The notes under the pieces were generated by a model. That model made no database searches. It worked only from the letters and a program-made list of their open reading frames with translations, and had not been told where the DNA came from. Position numbers and translations under genes: made by a program. Of a DNA stretch of 64,000 bases, positions 1-12,224 are shown piece after piece (positions within the stretch are counted from its first letter, which is position 1; each line of letters starts with the position of its first letter). Origin of the DNA: Mustelus asterias (lineage: Eukaryota); contig NW_027590162.1 in NCBI RefSeq assembly GCF_964213995.1, positions 186,001-250,000 on the forward strand. The letters run 5' to 3'.

Positions 1-335
<335 letters not shown>

Positions 336-1009
336 CAGCTCACTGGAATCAGAAGAGGACGGGATTTCCCCACAACAACCGGCAGAAGCAGAGAATTTGT
401 CCATTTCCAAAAGCCGCCAATTTCATTGTGGGAAAGGAGCGAATTCAAATCAATGTCGCCCTCAGTCAGAGATTTCAAATCCCTTCTATTGATTTGCTTT
501 TATTCAGCTCTTCCCGTCACCAATCGGAGGCGCGGCTTTAACATTTTCTTTCAATGTGCTTCATTCTCCTATCGCTTTCTAACTGTCCCGGGCGGGAATC
601 AATCCCTGTTCACAGCATTCCCAGAAGGAAAACACTCCGTTTAGTCTTCAATCAGAACCCAGTGTCCTTCACTGAAAACAGGGAGCCGGATCGAGTCCTC
701 ACACTGTCCTTATTCCGCTCTGTAATAATCCCACTCCGGACTGTTACCCTGCGGAGAATTACTGTGAATAAAATGATGAATCAATGGACATTTCAGGAAT
801 TTAGAGAAGGGACCGTTACCGCGAAAAACAGTCCCTAATGAGGTCATTTAGGAGCTGTGAAAATAACAGAATAATAACAGCTTTCAGCACAAAGCGAAGG
901 CAGTGAGTGAATTCTGGGTCAGTGTTTGGATTACAGGACAGGAGACACAAACACCAGTGGAAGTTATTCTATTTTCCATTCTTATCATCGAACAGGAAGG
1001 AGCCAGGTC

Positions 1010-1050
1010 CAGCTTTTTCACAGAGATTGTGGGTGGCTCTTAAAAGAGCC
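1010..1050 (-). terminator. Histone 3' stem-loop and histone downstream element (HDE) of H2B
   Basis: Minus strand GGCTCT-TTTA-AGAGCC (1050-1035), then ACCCA, then GAAAAAGCTG (1019-1010). Confidence 0.95.
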
Positions 1051-1087
1051 GTTGTGTTTGGGATGTTTTTTCAGTCCATGGGGAGTT

Positions 1088-1474
1088 TTACTTGGAGCTG
1101 GTGTACTTGGTCACTGCCTTTGTCCCTTCCGACATGGCGTGCTTGGCCAGTTCCCCGGGCAGCAGCAGGCGCACGGCGGTCTGGATCTCCCGGGAGCTGA
1201 TGGTGCTGCGCTTGTTGTAATGGGCCAGGCGGGAAGCCTCACCCGCGATGCGCTCGAAAATATCGTTCACGAACGAGTTCATGATGCTCATGGCCTTGGA
1301 GGAGATGCCGGTGTCGGGGTGAACCTGCTTCATCACTTTGTAGATGTAGATGGAGTAACTCTCCTTCCTCGACTTTCGCCGCTTCTTGCCGCCCTTTGTT
1401 CCCAGTTTCTTAATCACTTTCTTCGCCCCCTTCTTCGGAGCTGCTTTCGATGTTGGTTTCTTCTCATCAGCCAT
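1088..1474 (-). CDS. H2B: Histone H2B, 128 aa (intact frame, promoter interrupted)
   Basis: MADEKKP...[92 protein letters not shown]; ATG at 1474; stem-loop downstream. Confidence 0.95.
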   Translation of the reverse strand: MADEKKPTSKAAPKKGAKKVIKKLGTKGGKKRRKSRKESYSIYIYKVMKQVHPDTGISSKAMSIMNSFVNDIFERIAGEASRLAHYNKRSTISSREIQTAVRLLLPGELAKHAMSEGTKAVTKYTSSK

Positions 1475-1526
1475 CTTCAATTTCACACAGAAATAAAGCA
1501 AACCCCTTCCGAGCGCTGATTAAATA

Positions 1527-2104
1527 GACTGTTCTCTTCCTGTTGGGGAGCACTTCAGCGGTCACGGGCATTCGGCCTCTGATATTCGGGTAAGCGTTCT
1601 CCAAGGCGGCCTTCGCGACACACGACAGCGCAGAGTCGCTGAGCAGAAACTGATAGCCAGGTTCCGCACACACAAGGACGGCCTCAACCGGGATATTGGG
1701 TTTATGTCACACTATTTCACATAAATATTTCTGCTTTTTTCCTCCTGAGTCTTTATCATGCGATCCTAGAATCAGAATTTATGTCACACTATTTGTAACT
1801 CCCACAGTTGCGTGGACCTGCAGAGTTTCACTGGCTGTCTTGTCTGGAGACAATACACATCTTTTTAGCCTGTCTTGATGCTCTCTCCACTCCCATTGTT
1901 TTGTTTCTTAAAGACTGGATTAGTTGTAAGTATTCGCATTCCAACCATTATTCATGTAAATTGAGTCTGTGTCTTATAAGTTCTGTTTGTGAACAGAATT
2001 CCCACTCACCTGAAGAAGGGGCTCAGAGCCTCGAAAGCTTGTGTGGCTTTTGCTACCAAATAAACCTGTTGGACTTTAACCTGGTGTTGTTAAACTTCTT
2101 ACTG
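1527..2104 (+). mobile_element. 5'-truncated Penelope-like element (end of GIY-YIG ORF plus 3' terminal repeat)
   Basis: Near-identical to about 40119-40623 of the long Penelope copy; flanked by duplicated TAAATAGAC (1521-1529, 2105-2113). Confidence 0.93.
2002..2046 (+). ncRNA. Minimal hammerhead ribozyme motif in Penelope terminus
   Basis: CAC-CTGAAGA-A-GGGGCT-cag-AGCCTC-GAAA-GC-TT-GTG: CUGANGA/GAAA core, paired stem II, palindromic AAGCTT at stem III. Confidence 0.75.
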
Positions 2105-2260
2105 TAAATAGACAGTCCCACAGATCTATGCTAATGAGGAATTGGGAAAGCAATGATTGTGATTGGACATTTTGAAAGTTATTAAACTCACTTATCAGGG
2201 GTTCATTTGAGTGAATATGTCAATAGACCAATCAGATTGAAGCCTTTCCGCCAATCACAA
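2105..2260 (-). promoter_or_regulatory. Displaced upstream half of the H2B promoter
   Basis: Minus strand CCTCATTAGCATAG (2139-2126, H2B octamer box with one mismatch); CCAAT on minus at 2162-2166 and on plus near 2228 and 2251; duplicated TATA sequence at 2105-2113. Confidence 0.75.
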
Positions 2261-2425
2261 GCCTCCTTACTACAATCAGGAAATACATTTGACAAAGAAT
2301 CTCTCCAGGACCAGTATTTCAGATGCACCGGGAAATGTCGCCTGGCTGTCGGTGTGAGGGACCCTTCTCCTCAGAGGGACTGTGCGGGAGTGTGGGTTCC
2401 TTCCGGAACAGTGAATCTCTGGGAA

Positions 2426-4810
2426 TGTGTGTGAGTGTGGGATTTACTCACTCGATGATGCAGTGTGTGAGTGTAGGATTTACTCACTCTCTGATACAGT
2501 GTGAGTGTGGGATTTACTCACTCTCTGATACAGTGTGAGAGTGTGGGATTTACTCACTCTCTGATTCGGTGTAAGAGTATGGGATTTACTCACTCTCTGA
2601 TACAGTGTGTGTGTGTGGGATTTACTCACTCTCTGATACAGTGTGTGAGTGTGGGATTTACTCACTCTCTGATACAGTGTGTGAGTGTGGGATTTACTCA
2701 CTCTCTGATACAGTGTGTGTGGGATTTACTCAGTCTCTGATACAGTGTCAGTGTGGGATTTACTCACTCTCTGATACAGTGTGTGAGCGTGGGATTTACT
2801 CACTCTCTGATACCGTGTGTGAGTGTGGGATTTACTCACTCTGATACAGTGTGTGTGTGTGTGGGATTTACTCACTCTCTGATACAGTGTGTGTGTGTGG
2901 GATTTACTCACTCTCTGATACAGTGTGTGTGTGTGGGATTTACTCACTCTGATACAGTGTGTGTGTGTGTGGCATTTACTCACTCTCTGATACAGTGTGT
3001 GTGTGTGGGATTTACTCACTCTCTGATACAGTGTGTGTGTGGGATTTACTCACTCTCTGATACAGTGTGTGTGTGTGGGATTTACTCACTCTCTGATACA
3101 GTGTGTGAGTGTGGGATTTACTCACTCTGATACAGTGCGTGTGTGTGTGGGATTTACACACTCTCTGATACAGTGTGTGAGTGTGGGATTTACTCACTCT
3201 CTGATACAGTGTGTGTGTGTGGGATTTACTCACTCTCTCATACAGTGTGAGAGTGTGGGATTTACTCACTCTCTGATACAGTGTGTGAGTGTGGGATTTA
3301 CTCACTCTCTGATACGGTGTGAGAGTGTGGGATTTACTCACTCTCTGATACAGTGTGTGTGTGTGGGATTTACTCACTCTCTGATACAGTGTGTGAGCGT
3401 GGGATTTACTCACTCTCTGATACCGTGTGTGAGTGTGGGATTTACTCACTCTGATACAGTGTGAGAGTATGGGATTTACTCACTCTGATACAGTGTGTGT
3501 GTGTGTGGGATTTACTCACTCTCTGATACAGTGTGTGTGTGTGTGTGTGGGATTTACTCACTCTCTGATACAGTGTGTGTGTGTGGGATTTACTCACTCT
3601 CTGATACAGTGTGTGAGTGTGGGATTTACTCACTCTCTGATACAGTGTGTGAGTGTGGGATTTACTCACTCTCTGATACAGTGTGTGTGTGTGGGATTTA
3701 CTCACTCTCTGATACAGTGTGTGAGTGTGGGATTTACTCACTGATACAGTGTGTGTGTGTGTGGGATTTACTCACTCTCTGATACAGTGTGTGAGTGTGG
3801 GATTTACTCACTCTCTGATACAGTGTGTGAGTGTGGGATTTACTCACTCTCTGATACAGTGTGTGTGTGTGGGATTTACTCACTCTCTGATACAGTGTGA
3901 GTGTGTGATTTACTCACTCTCTGATACAGTGTGTGAGTGTGGGATTTACTCACTCTCTGATACAGTGTGTGAGTGTGGGATTTACTCACTCTCTGATACA
4001 GTGTGTGTGTGTGGGATTTACTCACTCTCTAATACAGTGTGTGTGGGATTTACTCACTCTCTGATACAGTGTGAGAGTGTGGGATTTACTCACTCTCTGA
4101 TACAGTGTGTGTGGGATTTACTCACTCTCTGATACAGTGTGTGTGTGTGTGGGATTTACTCACTCTCTGTTACAGTGTGTGAGTGTGGGATTTACTCACT
4201 CTCTGATACAGTGTGTGTGGGATTTACTCACTCTCTGATACAGTGTGAGAGTGTGGGATTTACTCACTCTCTGATACAGTGTGTGTGGGATTTACTCACT
4301 CTCTGATACAGTGTGTGAGTGTGGGATTTACTCACTCTCTGATACAGTGTGAGTGTGGGATTTACTCACTCTCTGATACAGTGTGAAAGTGTGGGATTTA
4401 CTCACTCTCTGATACAGTGTGTGTGGGATTTACTCACTCTCTGATACAGTGTGTGAGTGTGGGATTTACTCACTCTCTGATACAGTGTGAGTGTGGGATT
4501 TACTCACTCTCTGATACAGTGTGAGTGTGGGATTTACTCACTCTCTGATACAGTGTGTGTGTGTGGGATTTAGTCACTCTCTGACAGTGTGTGAGTGTGG
4601 GATTTACTCACTCTCTGATGCAGTGTGTTTGTGTGGGATTTACTCACTCTCTGATACAGTGTGTGTGTGGCATTTACTCACTCTGATACAGCATGTGTGT
4701 GTGGGATCTAGTCACTCTCTGACACAATGTGAGAGTGTGAGATTTACTCACTCTGATTCAGTGTGTTTGTGTGGGATTTACTCACTCTCTGATGGTGTCT
4801 GTGCGATTTA
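2426..4810. repeat. Minisatellite, ~36-bp unit GTGGGATTTACTCACTCTCTGATACAGTGTGTGAGT
   Basis: About 65 tandem copies, unit length varying through GT dinucleotide number; produces the spurious CVSVGFTHSLIQ ORFs. Confidence 0.98.
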
Positions 4811-4859
4811 TTTTATCATTCTCAGTACCTTGGAATCTTTCAAACCAATTCTGCATCTG

Positions 4860-5170
4860 ATTATCCTCTGTGCTGTCTGGGAGAGTGGGATTCAATCTGT
4901 CAGTCGGTGGTACTCTTTCTGAGAGTGGGATTAATTCTGTCAATTGGTGATACTCTATGTGAGAGTGGGATTCATAATTTCACATGGTGGTGCTGTATGT
5001 GACATTGGGATTAATTCTGTCAGTCGGTGGTGCTGTGTGTGAGAGTGGGATTAATTCTGTAAATCGGTGGTGCTGTGTGCGAGAGTGGGATTAATTCTGT
5101 CAGTCGGTGGTGCTGTCTGTGAGAGCGGGATTAATTCTGTTAGTTAATGGTGGTGTCTGTGAGAGTGTAA
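4860..5170. repeat. Related 40-bp tandem repeat (GAGAGTGGGATTAATTCTGTCAGTCGGTGGTGCTGTGTGT)
   Basis: Unit starts recur at 4921, 4961, 5001, 5041, 5081, 5121, 5161. Confidence 0.85.
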
Positions 5171-6234
5171 TTAGAACTGGGCCCTATTCCTGTGAATTAA
5201 TAAAAAAACTCATCTCCTGCAGCCACCAGTGATCACTGACCCTCTGGATGTTTGTCCAGGATTTACATCCTGAATTTGGAAAATGATGTTTGAATCCAAG
5301 CAAACCACAGCAGCTCCTCAGAATTAAAAGAAGGAAGCTGAAACCAAACTAGTTAATTGCTCATTTCAGAAGTTGAATCAAATGAAAACACTTATATTTC
5401 AATAGGAGAATTGGATTGGGGACCAGACAGCTCAGGACAACTAAATCTGAGAATGGAAAGGGTAATGAAGAAGAGAATTGGAGCTGACTACAGTGGGATA
5501 GATCCTAAGATACAACTGAGGATTGATTAAAGCTGCTTTGTAACAGTGTTGCTGAATGAAGCTGATGTCGAGTTATCAATATTGTTCTTGAAACAAGCTG
5601 TCAGCAGCACTGCCTCAGACATTGAACCCTGCGAAGCATTGATTTTGAGGGGATATGATTGGTGTTTATGAAGGGAATACATTCTTTCCGTGTGGATCGA
5701 TTATTTTAGTTCGATGGGCACGAGAGACACAGAAAAAGGAGAAATTAACAGAAAAGAGAAATAAAAACAAGGCTCTAAGGACGTGATGGGTGAGTGGGAG
5801 TAGCTGAGTTGCTTTTGAATAGAGTAGGTACAGATCAATGGGCAGACTGGTCTCTTTGTGTGCTTTACCCATTCTATAACTGCCAAACAAAAAAGAGACA
5901 GCCTGTTGAAGCTTCTGATTTTGCACTCATAAGAACAAATGCAAGAATGCCAAATGTCAAAGGGAGGAACAAGTGCTGGAAAAAAAGGATGCTGAGCGTT
6001 GACAAGTGAACTCTAATTGGTCAAGACGTTGTCATGGGGAGGGCACAAAGAAAACTTAGCCCTGTATATTTCTGTTCAATTCAACATAGGCACAATGCCT
6101 GGACACGTTCCTTTTGCCTGTGGAGAACAGGGCCCTCCATATGAATGTGTGTAGCCTCGAGCATGTGTAAATGAGACACATTGTGAAGGATGAAGAACTT
6201 CAGTTCCTGAGATCAACTAGTAAAGTTGGAACCA

Positions 6235-6620
6235 CTTTCCTTGGAGCTGAGAAGGTTGAAAAGAGATTTAATAACAATATTCAGAATAAGGTGGAATCTG
6301 GACAGAGTAGGTCGAGAAGAAACTGTTCCCATTGTGGGAAGGATCGAGAAGCAGAGGGAACAGATTTAAGGAAATTGGGAAAAGAAGGAATAGATTAATG
6401 AGGAGAAACTTTTTCATGCAGCGAGTGGTTATGATCTGGGATGTGGGGCCTGACAGTGCGCTAGAGGCAGCTTCAATCAAGGCATTCAAGAAAGAATTGG
6501 ATTATTTCCTGAAAAGGAAGAATGTGCAGAAATGTGGGGAGAAGGTGGATGGATGGAACAAGGTGCATTACTCACTTGGAGAGTCAGTACAGATTTGACA
6601 GGCCAAGTGGCTTCTTTCAG
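6235..6620 (+). mobile_element. Degenerate CR1 LINE 3' fragment
   Basis: Encodes RRNFFMQRVVMIW...AFKKELDYFL, typical of the CR1 ORF2 C-terminus. Confidence 0.75.
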
Positions 6621-7921
6621 TTGTGCAAATAGTGTGTGTGTGTGGGGTGTGTGGGGGGGTTGGTGGGTGAAGAGGGCTGTTTGACTGCGTTGACTACCTA
6701 TGTCAGATACTGGTGCTGGATGCGAATATGGAACTCATTCTGTGTTTGCCAGGACCTCATGCTGGATATGAGTGTAGGATTATTTTAGTAAAATTCAGTG
6801 ATTCTCTATGGGAATGTGGAAAATCTGTAAGAAAATGTGGGTCTGTAACTCCCTTTGTTTAATATGGGGTGTGTCGTCTGGGCACATTCATCAGTCTATG
6901 TGGGTTTGTGATGATTTCTGGACTCTATCAGTAGTACCATATCTGTGTGTCAGACTGATTCGTGTCATTCAGGATCAGGCTCAGGTGCTGTCAGTGAGTT
7001 CAGTAACAGTCTGTATCTGTCAGTGTCTGGTAATGGACATGTGCTGGAGACTGATTCTGAATCTGTCAGTCACTGTTACTCTGAGTGTGGGATTCATTAC
7101 ATAACCGCAGGCTCTGGGACAGTTTAACAGTCTGGATTCATTCCACATTGAAATTTCAGCACAGAAACAGGCCATTGATGCTGCAGGTTTTTTTTTTAAT
7201 TCTAATTTTTGCCTTGTATTAAATCACTTTCTGTGTCAGCATAATTGTGGAGGATCATGCATCTTTTCATCTAACACGCCATTGTTAAGTAAAGGTAAGT
7301 GTAATTCACATTTTAATCATCAAATTGATGCCTTCATCATTCACTCTGTTTGGGAGAACTTTATACTTGAATGTTGAACTCAGTTTGACTGAGAGAATTA
7401 TTACAATTTCTACCCTCCGCGTATAAGTCAGGTATGTGATCTGTATCTCAGTTTGCACCAATTTATATGTATCCTTATTACAATAATCAGTGTGTGTCTC
7501 AGATTATACTATCATTCAGTTCTATCTGGTATTCAATTGAATTGCAACTAATGCTACAATATTGTAGGACTGACACACTGACAATCTGATAGCGGGTGAG
7601 AATTTGGACTGGGATTTATGTATCTACCTGTCAGTGGTACTGACTTGGGATGACATGGAAACAATGTCTGTCTCTCCTGCTCTGATTGATTGTTGGATTG
7701 AAAATGTGTCTCTGCAACCGGTTCTGCTGCCTGAGACTGTGGAATTGATGCACTCTGAGAGAACAGACATAGTGTGTGTGAGGAGCTCACTGCACTGTTC
7801 ATTGCGACTCAGGTGAGGAAACTTCAAACTAACCTTGATTGATTCAATGATTTGCCTGTCAGGAATAATTTACTCATTGTAACCCAATTACAGGTGAGGG
7901 AATAATACACAGCCCTTTTTC

Positions 7922-10900
7922 AATTTGATTTACTGTTGTCACATGTATTGGCATACTGTGAAAAGTATTTTTTCTTGTGCGCTATACAAGCAAAGCATAC
8001 CATTCATAGAGTACATGGGGAGAAAGAAATGACAGAGTGCAGAATGTAGTGTTACATTCATAACTAGTCTGCAGCGAAAGATCAATATAAGGCAGGTCCA
8101 TTCAAAAGTCTGATGGCAGCAGGGAAGATGCGGTTCTTGAGTTGGTTGGTACATGATCTCAGACGTTTGTATCTTTTTCCTGTTGGAAGAAGGTGGAAGA
8201 GAGTATGTCCGGGGTGCGTGGGGGTCTTTGATGATGCTGACTGCTTTTCTGATGTGATGGGAAGTGCAGACGGAGTCAATGGATGGGAGGGTGGTTTGTG
8301 TGATGGACTGCGCTACTATAAGAACTGTTCATAGTTTAACGCGGTCTTGGTAAGAGCAGGAGCCATACCAAGCTGTGATACATCTGGAAAGGGTATTTTC
8401 TATGGTGCATCTGTAAAACTTGGTGAGAGTCATAGCGGAAATGCTGAATTTCCTTAGCCTCCTGAGAAATTAGAGGTCTTACTTAACTATAGTGTCAGGG
8501 TGGAAGGACCAGGACAAGTTATTGGTGATCTCGACACCCAGAAACCTGAAGCTCTCAACAATTTCCATTTCATCCCCATTGATGTAGACAGGGGCATGTC
8601 CTCCACTCTGCTTCCTGAAGTTAATGACAATCCCCTTTGTCTGTTGACATTGAGGGAGAGATTATTGCCGTCACACTAATTTACCAGATTCTCTGTCTCA
8701 TTCCTGTAGTCCGTCTCATCATTGTCTGAGCTCCGATCCACTATGGTGGTATCAGCAAACTTGAAAATAGATTTGAAGCGGAATTTGGCCACACAGTCAT
8801 AAGGGGAGAAGGAGCATCGTAAGGGGTTGAGGATACAGCCTTGTGGGGCACTGGTGTTGAGGATAATCGTGGAGGAGGTGTCGTTGCTTATCTTTACTAA
8901 TTGCGGTCTGTGGGTTAGGAAGTCTAGGATCCAGTCACAGAGGGAGGAGCCAAACCCGAGCCATGGAGTTTGAAGATGGGTTTTGTGGGAATAATGGTGT
9001 TGAAGGCTGAGCTGTAGTCAATAAATGGGAATCTGACATGAGTCTTTATTATCCAGGTGTTCCAGGGTTGAGTGTACGGTCAGGAAGATGGCATCGACAG
9101 TGGACCTGTTGCGGCAGTAGGTGAACTGTAGTGGATTCAGGCAATCTGGGAGGCTGGAGTTGATCCGTGCCATGACTAATCTTTCGAAGCACTTCATAAT
9201 GATGGATGTCAGAGCTACCAGGCAATAGTCATGAAGGCACGATGCCTGGCTTTTCTTTGGTACAGGGATGATGTCATCTTCTTGAAGCAGAGAGGGACCT
9301 CAGATTGGTGGAAGGAGAGGTTAAAGATGTCTGCGAATACCCCTGCCAGCTGGTCCACGCAGGATCCGAGTGCCTGTCCCCGTACCCCATCCAGGCCAGT
9401 CGCTTTCCGTGGGTTGACTTTCAAGAAGGCTGATCTGAAGTCTGTGATGGTGACCTCGGATACAGGTTCGGCCAAGGCTTTCAGAGTGGAGGGCATCCTC
9501 GCTCTTCCTCAAAACAGACATAGAATGCATTGAGCTCATCAGGGAGAGGGGCATTGTCGCTGGCAATTCTCCATCCTTCATCTGGTAGCCTGTTATGTCT
9601 TTCAGACCTTACTATAAACGGTGGGAGTCCATGTGGCGAGCCGAGGACTCTAGCTTGGTCCGGTACTGGCACTTGGCATCTTTGATGGTTCTCTGTAGAT
9701 CACATCTGGATTTCTTTACAGTTCAGGGTCCCCTGACTGGAACCCCTCGGACCTGGACTTCAGGAAGCAGTGGATATCCCTGTTCATCCATGCTTTCCGG
9801 TTGGGAAAAACATGGATTTGCTTCATTGGCTCAGTCTTCTCTGCAATTACTAATGAAGTCAGTTACTGTAGTGACGTACTCATTCAGGGTGCTTGCAGAG
9901 TTTTTAAATATTGACCAGTGCATTGACTCGAAGCAGTCACGTAGGAGATCACCGATTCCTCAGACCAACAATGCGTGACTTTCTTTAATCGGATTCTCCT
10001 GCTTCAGTTTTTTGCTTGTAAGCTGGGAGCAGGAGCACAGCCTTGTGATCTGATTTGCCAAAGTTTGGGCGGGTGATAGAACGATAGGCATGTTTGATTT
10101 TTGTGTAACAGTGGTCGAGGATGTTTGGGCCTCTGGTGGGACAGGTGACATGTTGGTAGTACCTTGGTAGGACACTCTTGAGATTGGCCTGGTTGAAGTC
10201 CCCGGCCTCGATGAACAAGGCCTCGGGATATTTTGTCTCAAGGCTGTTTGTGGTGGTAGATATTTCATCCAGCGCGACCTTCATGTCTGCCTGGGGTGGA
10301 ATGTAAACTGCTGTCAGGATAACAGAGGTGAACTCCCGTGGAAGGTTGTCGGGGCAGCATTTCAGCGTCAGGTATTCTAGGTCCGAGGAGCAGAAACTCG
10401 CCAGTGTTGTGACACCGGAGCACCAAGAGTTGTTGATTAGAAGGCAGACGCCACCTGCGCAAGCCTTATCTGAGGCCGCTGTACGGTCCATTCGGTGGAT
10501 GGAGAAGCCCTGAGGTTGTAGGGCACTGTCCGGTGAAGCAGGTGTGGTCTGTGTCTCCGTGAAACAGAGCACACAGCAGTCTCTCAGTTCCCTTTGAAAA
10601 GTGAGTCTGGTTTTAAGTTCATCTAGATTGTGTTCCAGAGATTGAACATTTGCCAGGAGTAAGCTGGGGAGAGGGGCCTTGGAACCACATTGTTTCAGTC
10701 TCACCTGCAAGCCTGCGCGTTTCCCACGCTTCCTGGGGTGGCTGCTTCCTGTCGAGCCTGTGAGACGGTGTTTAGTTTGTGGGATCAAGGGTGTAGCTGT
10801 ACCCTGTTTCTGCTTTGGTTGGTGTGTGGGTGGAGGATTTGTTGCCATGGTCACGGTTCCTGCGTCGGCAGTCGGGTCTGAGCGGTTGGGAGTTCTGGGT

Positions 10901-11060
10901 CGCTGTCGGGCTGCGGTTTGAGTTTGGAGGGTGTTCACACCACACTCCGGGCGTGGACGGGTTGAAGGCCGGTTAGTGGATGGGGTCTTTGGGGTCACGG
11001 CTGGGTCCACGTGTTCGGATTCTCCGGGTCACTGCCAGGTCGGGGTCTTCCTTCCGAGGT
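7922..11060 (-). mobile_element. Rex1/Babar-type LINE, near full length (APE endonuclease + RT), disrupted
   Basis: ORF 9985-11010 has LLANVQSL...CFTET...GGVCLLIN...GDFN...LDHCYT...SDH; RT remnants at 8300-9600; 3' tail ends in atcaa-like repeats. Confidence 0.85.
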
Positions 11061-11529
11061 CAGAGGATCTCTGGTCTTGCAAATAAATTTAAAAGAGCAG
11101 TTTTAGTAATTTATAAATCTCACTACATAATCATAATGAACAGCCACAAAGGAACCCCAGTGATACAAACATTGTCAATGTGTGACTGCAGTCCTCAGTG
11201 TCTGTGTACGAGATGCATGATCAGTGGCGGTAGGCGCTACAGCAATTCAATGACATTCAGATAGAACTGAAACCCTGCACTGCTCCATGAATGGGATAAC
11301 CGGATGGAGCAGGGACATTTGTAATGTTCATGTTTCCATTCATTGCTCCCGTGTGATTAACCAGATCGTAATCAAAACCAAACAGTCTCTGTTTAAAATG
11401 TGTCCATCCTCCTTCTCACCTGGTGCCTGCAAGAGCTGCTCTTTGTCTAACTCCCCACATCCTGACTGTCTGCCTCTGCTTCCAATCTTCACTGTCCAAT
11501 CACAGCAAACCAGGGGAGACTGGAACTAG

Positions 11530-12110
11530 AGTCATTACCGTATGGAAGGAGGCCATTCGCCACATCCAGTCCATGCTGGTTCTCCGTGGAGCAATCCAGT
11601 CAGTCCCATTCTCCTGCTCTATCCCCATAGCCGACAAGTTTATTTCCCTCAAATGTCCATCCAAATTCCTCTGTGAAATAATTCATCATCTCGGCTTCCA
11701 ACCTCAGAGACAGCAACTTCCAGGTTGTCACTCGCTGCATGAGAAGTTCTCCTTTCTGTCTCTTCCAAAACCTTCAACTTGTGCCCCCTGCTCCTTATAC
11801 TATCAGTGAATGGAATCAGCTTTTCTTTGTCTACCTGAACCACACCAGCCATAATCCTGTCCACCTCGATCAGATCTCTCTCTCAATCTGCTTTGCTCCA
11901 AAAAGATCAACCCCAGCTTCTGCAACCTAACTTTGTGGCTAAAACCCCTCATTGCTGAAACCATTCTGGTCAATCTCCTCTGCACCCGCTGAACCACCGT
12001 CACATGTTTCCTCAAGTGTGCTGAGCAGAACTGGACTCAATGCTTCAGCTGTGATCCAATCAGAGTTTTCTAAAGGCTCAGCATAACTTGCATGGTTCTG
12101 TACTCAATGC
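11530..12110 (-). mobile_element. Degenerate CR1 LINE 3' fragment
   Basis: VQRVQRRLTRMV...LGLIFLEQSRL...RGHKLKV motifs. Confidence 0.75.
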
Positions 12111-12224
12111 CTGTGTCCTCATGGAGAGGGTCACTCATGTGGACGAGGAGGGTTTGAACTAAACTGGCAGGAGGATGGGCACCATTATATAGAAGTGGAA
12201 AAGAGGAATATCTGGAGAAAGAAA

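Noticed and set aside
1475-1501. N-terminal extension of H2B in the ORF track
   Set aside because: Starts at a non-ATG codon in the 5' UTR; the first ATG is at 1474.
926-1519. 197-aa plus-strand ORF
   Set aside because: Antisense shadow of H2B.
2426-4810. CRISPR-like array, or repetitive Cys/His-rich proteins from the ORF track
   Set aside because: Units are contiguous with no unique spacers and no cas genes; the ORFs are translations of the minisatellite in several frames.
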